A stretch of 64,000 nucleotides of DNA from Ascidiella aspersa (Eukaryota): NCBI GenBank assembly GCA_963924565.1, contig OZ004607.1, positions 10,168,001 to 10,232,000 on the forward strand, given 5' to 3'. How positions within the stretch are numbered: position 1 is the first letter of the stretch; each line of letters starts with the position of its first letter. Under the pieces are notes generated by a model. That model ran no database searches and had not been told where the DNA came from. It worked only from the letters and a program-made list of their open reading frames with translations. Positions 15,101 to 25,798 of the stretch are shown piece after piece. A program made the position numbers and the translations under genes.

Positions 15101-18100
15101 TTTAAGGGAAATTGCGAAGGAGTTTAATTTTTTTGAAATTTAAAAATGAATCATTTTTAGGAAGGATTATGTTAAATTATCAGCGGGAAATTTCCTACAA
15201 ATAAACTTAACGCCATATGTAGAGATAGAGGAATCAGGTGGCACTGTATAAAGACAAATTGTATTTGATTCTCGACAAGCTTTCGCACAACCGTGCTTCA
15301 TCAGGTCAAAGTGTCATATGTAGAGATGTTATTCTTTTTGTCTCCTGTCGTTGTGTACAATAACATGACAGTTTATATTGTGGGATTCTTAACGGTTAGG
15401 CCCACTTACATTGAATTTATTCTATTAATTTATACTCAGCATTAGTGTGCTGGCTTGCTGAAGTACCCTTTCACACATAAGCACTTCTATACAAAACTGA
15501 TTTATTCCTTTTCGTTATATATTTTTTTTAACTTTTAAATATCTTTTAAACCCACAGACAAACCGAACTCAAACGATGATCGTGTTACGCTACCCGGCGA
15601 TGAAGAAGCACTCGGGAACGACACTGTTCAGCAGCCCCCTGGCGCCACGGCCGAGGCCGCCCGGAACCAGACCGCCCTGGCCGTGGCGTCGGGCCCCAAT
15701 TGGGTACCCTTTGCGGCCATGGGCCTTGGTGTGGGTATATTTATTGTGCTGGTTCCCATCTGCCTTTACTTCCTCATTACGACGGCCCGAAAGCGAAAAC
15801 AGCAAATGAAGCCGAGTGGGAAGGCAAAGCCGAACGGAAAAGTACCGAACGTGAGTAAAAAAAGGGGAATTTGGTTGTTAAGTAGATTGGGACAACTATA
15901 GGCGAGTTTAGTATTTTCATTTTCAGTCTAATCTAGACTTGAACAAATTATTTGGGCGCGAATGTAATTTTTGGGCAAAATTGCAAACCGAATCTGTCGA
16001 TCAATGATGCAAGCAGGGCAGGCTAGAAAAACAACTAGCCTGCAGTGAGGTTCGAACTCACGACCTCCGGTCAACTGACCGTCCGTTCGTCCGTTGACCG
16101 GAGGTCGTGAGAACCTCACTGGAGGCTAGTTGTTTTTCTATCCTGTCCTGCTTGCTTCTGGTGGACAGATTCGGTGAGTATGCGATGGTTTTCGGTGTAC
16201 TAATGATACGTAAGCCGTAATCGTTGGTCAAAAAGCAGCTTCAGAAGGGCTAGATCTCAGTTGTTAACACACATATGTGTGTGCATGTTTCATTGAGCAG
16301 CAAAAGTTGTATGATTTTTAACGTTTTTTTTTACTGCATAGGGATCGGCGCGCAAGAATTCGTCCCGCGACAATCGAAGGGATTCGAATCAATCGAACGG
16401 ACGCAAAGTTCGCCACGGAAGCGGGACAAGTAATACAAGGTGCTTATTGCTTACAGTTTAACTCTTGTAAAATTATTAGTAAGTTTTGCTTCTTTAGAAA
16501 AACTCAGTTTAATACACTGGTGGACCCTGAATATTTTCCAGTCACACTTGATTTAAATTCACATCTGGCTTTTCTTGTGATCCGTTTAAGCTAAAATCTT
16601 ATTCTTATGAAAAGCGTTTTTTTCGGTTTGTATTTAAAAACTACTTTTCTAAATGAACATTATTTTAATGGGCAGTTCCGCTCTCTTGAATTTTTTTTTG
16701 TTTTTCCTGCATTCTTTCGATGCATTTTTTTGACGATATAATGTTTTACGTTTTCGTGAAACAACATAGATTTTGTGCAAAAATAGATGTTTCCCTGAGC
16801 CGATTTCTGAAACCGATTCCTGGAGCCACTTGAGATTTCACTTCAATTGCATGATCGGTTTGTCCAATTCTTTGGACAAAAAAAATTGCCAGAAAATAAA
16901 CTTTTAGATTTTCAGTTAGATTTTATTTGTAAGGAAAAACAACTTTTCACTGAGTTCACACTTTACGCCCTATATTTTTATTCTTCTCGCAGACTCGTAA
17001 GCAACCGAGGTTCGGTTCATGAAGAGGGTAAGAGAAAGAGAAACATCACCGAGTCGAGCAACCGGAGCGAGGACGACCCCTTTTCGGGGGCTGACCCCGC
17101 AATCACCCCTGGCACCCCGGGTGACGCAAGGTCAAAGGTACGTGCCCCCTCAAAAGCCGTCGGCTCAATAAATTTTGGATAAAGTACGTTGCCTTCCATG
17201 AGTCTTTTGAAAAAAGGACTTTGGTTGATATAAGGTGTTTTCATTGAACAATTTTCAATAAAATTGAGTTATTTTTCTCAACTTTGTACATAAAACGATT
17301 AGATTGCTACTTGTTGTTTTTTGGTATTTTTTGTGTTTTTTTAGCTGGTTGGTTGCTCATTATCGAAAGAGTTTACCAACTTTTGATGGTTTTACGTTTT
17401 ATTACTAAACACTGAAATACGTCGTTATTAGTAAACGAACGTTGGCGTAAACTAAATGTCGAATTTAGTGTAAACAAATTATGGCGACGACCTTATTTTT
17501 TTGTAAATTCAAAAAAAAAAATTGAAAGTTCCGAGACTAAATGTCGCTTTCTTACGTTAAAACGTAATTTATATAAAGAAACACTTATCCTTAAACATTC
17601 TGCTATACACTTACACACACTACACGAATAAGAATTGGCGGATTTATATAAAACGACCTGTATTAAAGAACATATGGCAAACGTATATTATGTAAGTCCT
17701 GCAGTCCTTACCCCACGTATAACAAGAACGACATGCACAACAAAGTGTAAACATTCTTAAACCTTTTCCAGCTTCTGTCCACCTCGAGTAGCCACGGCAC
17801 GAGACGCAATCCTCGAAACTCGATGCCATCTACAAGCTCAGTACCTGAGACTGGAGAGGAGATGATTGCTCAGAGTCCAAGCGTAAGTTTTATAGGGTTT
17901 TATTCGAGTTACTCATATGTTTACAACTTAAACACGATAATAAAATCCAACATTATTAACAACAAAGTGCGTATGTTGAAAAAATCAGAGTAAAGCTTTA
18001 TCAGTGAGTGCGCATTAATGAATAATCTTTACCTTAAAATAAAGCCTATCCTGTTTTATTTCTATTTTTTATTTTATTTTATTTTTTGTGAAAATCAAAT

Positions 18101-21027
18101 AAACATGCGACTGAAGTTAAAATGTTGCCTTTATTGGTTAATGTTTTGTTTGCCTTTGTCAGTTAGGTGTAAAAAACTTAGTTTTGTCTGAACTTCACTA
18201 AAAATTGATAATAAGTTTAATGAAATTACCACTTTGGTGTTTAAATTCAGAAACTTGTAATACACAAACCTGTTTTAGTTAATTGGTTCTAGTTTGCAAA
18301 TGTATGTGTTAAATTTAACCAATAATGTTTAAACTTTTCGCCATGGTTATCCATTTTTAAATTTAAAAGTCGAACATCCGTTTAAATACGTCCTAAAACA
18401 CAGGCAGCTCTAGTTCTTATTTTAGGAAAATTCAAACCACATAAACCAAAAAACACCCATTGTTACGACAGAAACGCAGCGTCGACGACATGGCGGTGAC
18501 GTTTTCGCGCTCGCCCGACCGTGAGTTCTACGACCCCGGCGGACTGCATCTGATGGACAGCCTCGCCGAAGGCGACTCGATGGCGCTCCCCGGCGGCAAG
18601 ACGACCCGCATGCCACCCGCCCGCGCGATGTCGTTCTCGGGCGGCGGCGGACCGAAGCAGTACAACCGCGCGTACAGCACCGACGCCACGCGAGCCACTA
18701 CTATGGGACACAGCAGGCCTAATATGCGAAGCATTGGACGCCAGCACTCCTTACAGGTGATGCGACCAGGCAACCAGCCTGTGTATGTGGCCGCGCAACC
18801 CTTTCACCCCGGAATGAGCGTTGTCAACCCGCCAATCACCGGGCCCGCCAACACTTGGTCGCAGCAGCCGCAGCCCGCCGTGGTTGTCGGTCCGGCGCAG
18901 AACGGCCGATACGACAAGCGCATGACGCACAGCTTGGACAGAAGGCAGCACTTGAAAGGACAGACTCAGTACCAGCTCGTGCCTAGCGGAGAGGTTTTCA
19001 ACGACGACGGACGACAGATGCGTAAGTTTTTCGTTGCTGTTTTGTTGTCGAGATTATTTTTGATCCGTTCGTGTCTCAAACCCATTTAAGCATGTCCGTG
19101 TGTTTTGACTGCAGTACCCAAAGTCGTACCAGCAGCAACAGCAGCTAGAAATTTCTTCTTAATTTTTACAAAATAAATTTTAAAAAAATAACAACTTTCT
19201 TACTCGCCCTACCATGATTCAACTATATATGATCTTGATTTGTTTGTGAATTATTGAGTCAATTTCCTCAATAATTCACAATTTCCTTAAAAATTCGCCC
19301 AGATTAGATTTAAAACACGTTCGGTTAAAAATTACTTTATTTCCTGTCACTGCGATCATTCACCTGGATTAGTCATTGATCCCCTATGTCGAAACCCGCC
19401 TAATCGCGTCCGTATTCTTCTGCAGCGCCCAAGTCGTACGCCAACCAGCAGCAACAACAGCAGCCTCCTTCGTCGCGGAAACGCAACGTTAGCGAGTCGG
19501 CGGCTGGCAGCAGTGGGGCTCCCATGCACATGCAGATGCCCCCCTTCCAGTACCAGGCCATACAGGAAGAACAGGAGCCCCTGAGCCCCGGCGGGGAAGT
19601 CCTGGGTGGCGGCAAGCCCCGGCGTGACAACCTCACCCTCAACGTAAACGCCCCCTTTAATGGTAACAATGGAGGCGGGCGCGAAAATTACCCCGGGGGC
19701 GGATTTCACCCCAGTGGGGCCCCGAGCTCTGCTTTCCGGCCCCAGATGTTCCCCCAGGCCCCAGGTCTCATGTCGCCCGCTAACCGCCAGCACTTGCGCC
19801 TGAATATACCCAGGTCAAACCCCGGCACCCCACAGCAGGAGGCCCTGCCCCCGTTTGGGGGTGAAGTCCCCTACAGCCCCAGCCATCAAAGCGGGGGCAA
19901 CGCTTTCTTCGCGATGCCGTCTATGAGTCGTCGGCCCCCCATCACCCAGCGCAGTCTTCCCGAAACAGGGTTACAGAGATTGTCCCGGTCCGCTGGGACC
20001 CCGGAGGGCCACAGCCCCTGCAAGTCGAACCCCACCTCACCCCAGAACGGTAGCGAGCGGGAACTGGGTTACCCCCAAGCGGAGAGGGGACGACATGTTA
20101 GCGGCAACTCCATAAAGCAGGTTAGACGCCAATTTTGCTGCTTGGTAATTTTTAAAACTTTTTACAGTTAATACCGTTTAATTGTTTGATGTCATCTAAA
20201 ACCATGAAATCAGTAACGTTTATATTACGCTTTATAACTTAAAAATAATATATGACCTAATCAGTTCTAGAATAAATTTCTGGTCAAGGTAAATACTTTA
20301 TCATTGATCTATCAAATCAACATTTTTTGGGTTTAAACCTTAACGAACTTATGTAGTCTACTTTAAATTTATAATTGTCGTCATTTTTGTGGTGGGTTAG
20401 TTGGACATGAAGGCTAATTTCTAGTTGTCCACTTTGAAATACTCCAATCGTTAATTTCTGTTTTACACTTTTAAGTTAAATACCTTGGATTGAAATTAAG
20501 TGTTTCATTAAAAATTATAATTAAAACTCAAATATGTGCAAGTTAAGCACTTTGCTTTGTACATGTTGAATACTAATTTTTATAGTTTAACATTTAGTTT
20601 TTTGTCAATGACCTTTTCCTTTGTCAAGGAAACCAAACTTACGTTATTATGCTCACCAACTGAAACAGAAATAATAAAACTAACAATTAATTAACACGCA
20701 ATTTGTTTATTTCAGTTGACCCCATCGTCGCCGGTTAAAAGTTTTCCACCGTCGAGTTTCGCCGCCGCCAACGGTAACGGCAACATAAACAACAACAATA
20801 GCAACAACAACAGCAATAACAGCAATCTCAACAGTAACAATAGCAATCCTAATAGCAACAACAACAGCAACAACAACAACACGACGACTCCGAGGTCCCG
20901 GCACGCATCCGGCCCAGAAATGGCCCGGGCCCTTAACGGTGGCCAGGGACAGAGAAACTCGGACCCAAACGCCAAGCGAACGGCGGTTAATGGAGACACG
21001 CTAACAGCTCCCAAGGAGTTCGCTTAA
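171..21027 (+). CDS. Transmembrane semaphorin, class 6-like (Sema domain C-terminal part, PSI, TM, long cytoplasmic tail); 5' end lies upstream of the window
   Basis: Phase-consistent GT-AG exons: 171-314, 7343-7425, 7882-8108, 8949-9095, 11484-11633, 12938-13117, 14120-14227, 14787-14932, 15558-15850, 16342-16439, 16993-17137, 17772-17882, 18472-19021, 19426-20120, 20716-21027 (TAA). Sema motifs: DGNLYTGTV, WLNRPRF, FVFFTEEAVE, SRVAQACKSDEGG, FFKATLNCSLPG..PFYFNE, SAVCAF, HPLM. PSI: CRKTCLEANDPYCVW. TM: WVPFAAMGLGVGIFIVLVPICLYFLIT followed by RKRK. No Ig or TSP1 domain between PSI and TM, the architecture of Sema6/Sema1. Confidence 0.92.
1553..2289. mobile_element. hAT (Charlie/Buster-type) non-autonomous DNA transposon/MITE
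   Basis: TIRs CAGGGGTCGGCAACCT...AGGTTGCCGACCCCTG, subterminal GGCCCG motifs, perfect 8-bp TSD TTTTAGAG (1545-1552 and 2290-2297). Internal 24-bp tandem duplication at 1751-1798. Confidence 0.92.
8215..8540. mobile_element. hAT-type MITE
   Basis: TIRs CAGTGCTTCCCAACC...GGTTGGGAAGCACTG, GGGTCGC subterminal repeats, degenerate TSD GTTTACAG/ATATACAG. Confidence 0.85.
9224..9528. mobile_element. Degenerate MITE
   Basis: Imperfect TIRs CAGGGTTGTCACA...TGTGACAAACTTG with internal GTCTTT/AAAAGT repeats. Confidence 0.5.
15227..15314 (-). mobile_element. Penelope-like element terminal-repeat fragment carrying a minimal hammerhead motif
   Basis: Minus strand reads TTGAC-CTGATGA-A-GCAC-GGTT-GTGC-GAAA-GCTT-GTCGA...TTTGTCTTTATACAGTGCCAC. 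Flanked by a 13-bp direct repeat CATATGTAGAGAT (15214-15226, 15315-15327). Confidence 0.75.
15272..15309 (-). ncRNA. Minimal type-I hammerhead ribozyme motif
   Basis: Core CUGAUGA and GAAA, 4-bp stem II (GCAC/GUGC), palindromic mini stem III (AAGCUU), stem I UUGAC/GUCGA. Confidence 0.7.
15987..16296. mobile_element. tRNA-like-containing repeat: inverted truncated copy (15987-16075) facing a direct copy (16093-16296)
   Basis: Highly similar to the repeat at 54910-55389 (TTGACCGGAGGTCGTGAG..CCTCACTG..GGCTAGTTGTTTTTCTA..CAGATTCGGTGAGT..GGTCAAAAAGCAGCTTC..GGGCTAGATCTCAGTT). The two arms form an imperfect hairpin of about 85 bp. Confidence 0.85.
20770..20880 (+). repeat. Coding (AAC/AGC/AAT)n microsatellite encoding a poly-Asn/Ser tract in the last semaphorin exon
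   Basis: Translates as NGNGNINNNNSNNNSNNSNLNSNNSNPNSNNNSNNNN. Confidence 0.9.
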
Positions 21028-23213
21028 AACTGGACAATGAAGTTTGTCAGATCTCAAATGGTTGTCGTACGAAGTCTGGGCTTCGCGCTACCCGTTCCGG
21101 TTGATTACACGCCGAGAGATTGTATTTTGGAGTTTTGGAACCGTCTTACCAACTGTTTGGAAAACGTTGTTTTTCGGGCGGCCCCAGTAGACGACTTTGG
21201 GGATTTCAGAGCGAGACTTTGTCCTTTGGAACTTGTTAGCAGTCTGCTATCAGCAACAGATGTATAAAGTATCGTAACGCTAAAGCACTGTCGCCGTTGT
21301 TAAAGAGCTAATGACAGAAATGAGTTGGCCAGCAATTGAACACTGGTTACCAATATATAGCTAATCGTAAATAACGTAATTGTTACTCAAATCTTGTATT
21401 TCTAATTTAATTAAAGGTTCGCATCCGAAAATGGTACTAACAACAACAAAAAAACAGAAAATGATAAATAAGAATAGGATGAAATCTTGTGTATGTGGTT
21501 AACATTTGGAAATTTTCTTTGAACAACTACATGTGACAAACCGTTCACGCCAATGCTACATCCAACTTGAATTTATGAATGCATTTTTTCAAGAGGAATC
21601 CTTCACTTTAAAACAAATTCAATCCACGATTTTTCTATTTCTGTTTTGTGATTAAGATATCCGTGCTTCGACATTCGCGTCTACACGGCAAGCACTTTTA
21701 CTCTGCACCTGTCCACTGCGGTAGTTTATTCTCTTAGTTTGCGTTTTTTGACGATTCTTTCCACGAGATATTGAGATTCAGTTGTGACGAGTTTTTATTG
21801 TTTAACAATTTTAGCGTTAAATTTAGATAACTTTAGAGGAGTGCAACGTTTACTGTTTAGTGATTAGGAAGCGAAATAGTTTTTTTATTCCCCTCCAAAA
21901 GGACTGCTCTTGTGTAGAACAATCCACTAGGTTTTGCTCCAAAGCAGCTTGTTGCTCTTTATCACATATTCAGCATATATTTACATTGGCTACGTTGCTT
22001 ATCTGTCATTTATCAAACGCATTTGGCGCGCTTTATATCGCTGGGTGATTCACGGTACACCTTTTTTGTGCTACCAGCATGTTTTCTGAATTGGGTGTCT
22101 ACGAAATGACAATACACGAACGAAAGTACCCCTGTTAAGCATATAAACGTAAAATACACGTCAATATTGAAATAAACTATTTCCATGAATACCCTTTAAC
22201 AAAACAGCAGATTCTATTCTCGTCGCTATAAATATTAAATTCCAATACCTTATTTGCAGCAATACCAAAAGTAGTAAACAGTTTTTTCTTGGCTACCGTG
22301 CCCACACATTCATACACTTTTATTCCAGGGGCTTTTTTATTTTTGTTATCTTACTGAATGCTATTTCTCGTCGTTACCTACCTATACATTTAACGCAAAG
22401 ATTCATATCTTTCGCCCGAGTCAGTGTCGCGTTTTGCAAAAGTTCATAATTATATATACTCGTAATATTCCTCGCGTTTTTCGAACTTTATTTCGTTTTT
22501 TTCTCGAAAGTTTTTTACAGCCGTTTTTATCTTTTGCAGTTGTGGTACGCCTAGGTCCGTCGACCGCTATACACTTTACTTTTTCGTTGCCATGACAGTA
22601 CAGGCGTAACGTCACTCAATCCCCTTGTTGCGTGTGTGTTCTTGGCGCTTTTTGTAAATTGTTGCAATTTTTTCGCGTCGCTTGTGGCTTCTGTAAATGG
22701 CAATAACGCAAATCCAGCGATGCGAATCCGATGTTTTTTTGATGTACTTCGTCTTCAGCTTTAAATGCTTTTAAATACCAAACATATCACTCTCAGACAC
22801 ACACGTTTATTCATTATTTTTTTACGAGTCTTGTTTGACTATACACTTGTTTTTTTGAGTAGCTAAAACCCAATTTTCTGACGCATGTCAGACTTATAAA
22901 CACTCTTTTTAAAACAGCGACGTTTCTATTTTCGCAAAATTAAAGTTCGCGTATAGCCTACATTTTATTTGTGATTTTTGTCTCAATTCCACAGGTTGTG
23001 GCGTGGTTACAAGCTGAGAAAATTCTCTTGTGGCATATTACTTTACTAAAATGGCGTTATCTGTTCGTTATGCTGTAATTGAGGCGTAATTTGGACGCAA
23101 AACTAGTTGGGTGATATTTGTGTTGTTAAAATCGCCTCCTACCCGCGCCACACCCTGCGTTTTACGATGTTCCATTTGCAAAGATTTATTATCGCCCTTG
23201 CCATGTTGCGAGC

Positions 23214-23219
23214 AATAAA
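23214..23219 (+). terminator. Candidate polyadenylation signal of the semaphorin (3'UTR of about 2.2 kb)
   Basis: AATAAA followed about 25-40 nt later by GT-rich sequence (CTCTGTGGTGTTTACTGTTGT). Other AATAAA sites exist earlier. Confidence 0.35.
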
Positions 23220-23852
23220 CCCAACACTGCCTGTATATGCCTCTGTGGTGTTTACTGTTGTCAGGTCTTAATATAGCTGTTTCCCGACAATTATGGTATG
23301 AAGATGATTTATATTTCGTAACCTAATACTAATGGGTAAAAGTTTAAACCTAGTGTGGCTTATATTATAAAACGTATGGTGTAATTAGCGGATATCTCAA
23401 TAAAACAGATTAACAGTTCTAAAATTCCAATTGTCCAATCAGATTATTTAAAGTATGCATGCAGCTTAACCAAATTTACACTTAAGCAGATAGGCCTATT
23501 ACTTTCACAACAGTACACACGCTTTGTTGTAGTGCATCACATCGAGTTGTATTTCAACTTTGTAGTCTATTCTAATAAAGTTGATTTCCATTTCCAAATA
23601 GCAATAGCATCGATAAATATTGGAATCTCAGCAAAATGGTAGGAATATTGTGTCAGCGTTAATCGCAATGTTATGATGTATCAGCACTTGTTTTAGTGGG
23701 TAATGTTATGACGTATCATCACTTGCTTATTGCGTTATATTATTGCGTGTCAGCACTTTTTTTAGGGCCGTCAGTCATAAACATTAGAATCGCCAAACCA
23801 TACCAGTTTATTAATTTTGCAAGGATGCTTGGTCATAAAGCTTGGCCCAACT

Positions 23853-24000
23853 GTAGTGTTGTAAATAAGTTGAATTGGCTCTAATTCAAGTTAAGTCATT
23901 TTAAAAAGTTCACTCCAATTCAAGTCATTTTTAACAAACGCCAAGACAAGTCCCACTCCAAGTCATTGCCATTTTTTATCAACTAACATCAATGTTTTAA
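23853..24000. repeat. Dispersed AAGTCA/TGACTT-rich repeat family (also about 11170-11410, 11870-11955, 37225-37323, 38870-39050, 51400-51835, 57170-57290)
   Basis: Recurrent AAGTCAAGTCATT / GACTTGACTT arrays, several ending in TTACAACAC(T/A)(G), suggesting decayed MITEs with a CAGTGTTGTAA terminus. Confidence 0.6.
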
Positions 24001-24704
24001 CATAAAAATCTGATACACTTACACAATATAAAATATTATTTTTTCGGTATAGGCTACTAAGCTTATTTGAAAAAAATCTAAAATATTAACATATGACTGC
24101 TCGCGCAGATATGTTTCAACTTTCTTTAAACTTAACAGACTTGTTGATTTGTAAACTATTTCAATTATAGGCTTTGTTTAACTATCAGATTTTACAAATG
24201 ACCTCAGCAAGGGCTACCATATATCCTCGTTTTAGAAAAAATAATCTATGGTCCTCTGAAAAATTCCCAAATTTCCTCCTTTTTAATATTAACCCTTTAA
24301 TTGTTTCCCGAATTTGTTTCTATAAGCTAAAAAAATGTTTTTTTTGCCTCTTTACACTGGTTTTGCTCTAACTTAGGAAAACAAAAGAACAAAAAAGGAA
24401 CTTTTTATGGAAAATGTGTTTGTGGCGAATTCGCGACATCAGGAATTCGAGGCTATAAATAGGGAAAGTGGGGCAAAATGAAAATCTTGGCAAAGCGGTG
24501 CAGTGAAATACTAGGCCTAGTTGATTTATAATCTGGTTAATTTCTATCACTGAAAGCACTTTTGTCACCCTCTCCTACGTCATTGCTTGCATTTGGAAAA
24601 GTTTTTTTTCCATTTATTCATTTGCTTTATCTGCCAAACCGAAATCATATTGTATTGTTTTAATTGGATCCTTCTTGTACTTGCAGCTAGCTTATATTCC
24701 TTGT

Positions 24705-24935
24705 CTTTACTCACACCAAGAGAGAGGCCGTCTTGGTCTTCCAGCCAGGCCAGAACAGTCGTCTATGGTACCTTCCGCTTTTCACGGTGACCTTCTGTTA
24801 TGAACTTACTCACACAAACCAGCGGTGCAATTTGTAGCCGACACAACCCGCTGTAACATTGTAATATAGTGTTACCAGCCCTGGTGAAGAAGCAACAAGG
24901 CAAGGCTAGAAAAATTAGATCACCTTACCGCAAGC
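24705..24935 (-). mobile_element. Probable SINE body/3' fragment
   Basis: GC-richer island in AT-rich intergenic DNA. Minus strand has TTTTTCTAGCCTTGCCTTGTTGCTT, resembling the post-tRNA segment of the 55 kb repeat, and a SINE-like tail ending GGCCTCTCTCTTGGTGTGAGTAA. Confidence 0.35.
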
Positions 24936-25088
24936 TTTTTTTTGATTTCGTTAATAGCATTTTTGAAGGCACCCTGTATGGCACTATGTTATTTGTGTTT
25001 TGTTAACTTTAATCTTGTTCCAACGGGTCATATTTAGGTTTACTCATCTTTTTCGTCGTAGATATTGTTGTGCAATAGGTTTAATTAT

Positions 25089-25216
25089 AGATAAAAGATT
25101 CATTCTTTTATTAGCAAACGTTTCGGCAATTTCTTTTGCCATCATCAGTGCAGTAAGTCTGTGCTTACTGCACTGATGATGGCAAAAGAAATTGCCGAAA
25201 CGTTTGCTAATAAAAG
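25089..25216. mobile_element. Inverted pair of Penelope-like terminal-repeat fragments, each with a minimal hammerhead motif
   Basis: Perfect 53-bp inverted repeat (25105-25157 / 25164-25216, loop TCTGTG). Each arm reads CTGATGA-T-GGCAA-AAGAAA-TTGCC-GAAA-CGTT-TGC...AATAAA. Flanking direct repeat AGGTTTAATTAT (25077-25088, 25215-25226). Confidence 0.8.
25165..25210 (+). ncRNA. Minimal type-I hammerhead ribozyme motif (mirror copy on the minus strand at about 25111-25156)
   Basis: CUGAUGA at 25173-25179, stem II GGCAA/UUGCC, GAAA at 25197-25200, palindromic AAACGUUU stem III, stem I GCA/UGC. Confidence 0.7.
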
Positions 25217-25798
25217 GTTTAATTATGTCGTGGATATTAGTTTTATCGTAATTCTGCTTGAAATGATTTGCTTTTTGGGTTATTGTGTGTTGTTCCTAAC
25301 ACACCTATCGACATACAAATATATTTCTTTAAAAACGTATAGAAAAACACTGCAAATACCTAAACTGTATTATTTTAGCATGGCGAGTCCATCGATAAAG
25401 TCTAATGTCAAGTATTTAAAATTTCTTATTTGGTAGTTGGCTTATTCATAAAAAAATCTGCCATTAGAAAGTTCAGGCATTTATAACTGAATAGTAAAAA
25501 ACAAAACCACGCAGAATATATTTTTACTAAATTTGTTTTATTGAATATTTTTTGCGATATAAGTGCAAGTCACATTTGGCATTAAAAATATTGAACATAA
25601 TGAAAAATAGATTAAGAAAACAATATTGCACAAAAATCGCACGACACATAAAGGCGACGCAAAATATTGCAAATACGCGTGTTGACGATGTTGTACGACA
25701 AATTCACTCGTAAATAGGTTTGGTCAGTTCACAACGAATATGAGTTGTTATCAGAGCTTGTCCTTGCGTTTAGGGAGTGAAGAAAATGTAGTATGACG

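Noticed and set aside
18426-18471. Alternative semaphorin acceptor at 18425
   Set aside because: Out of frame with the downstream ORF; the acceptor at 18471 gives the correct phase.
18422-21014. Antisense ORFs over the semaphorin tail (e.g. poly-Leu 20712-21014, 19356-19793)
   Set aside because: Shadows of GC-rich coding sequence and of the AAC repeat.
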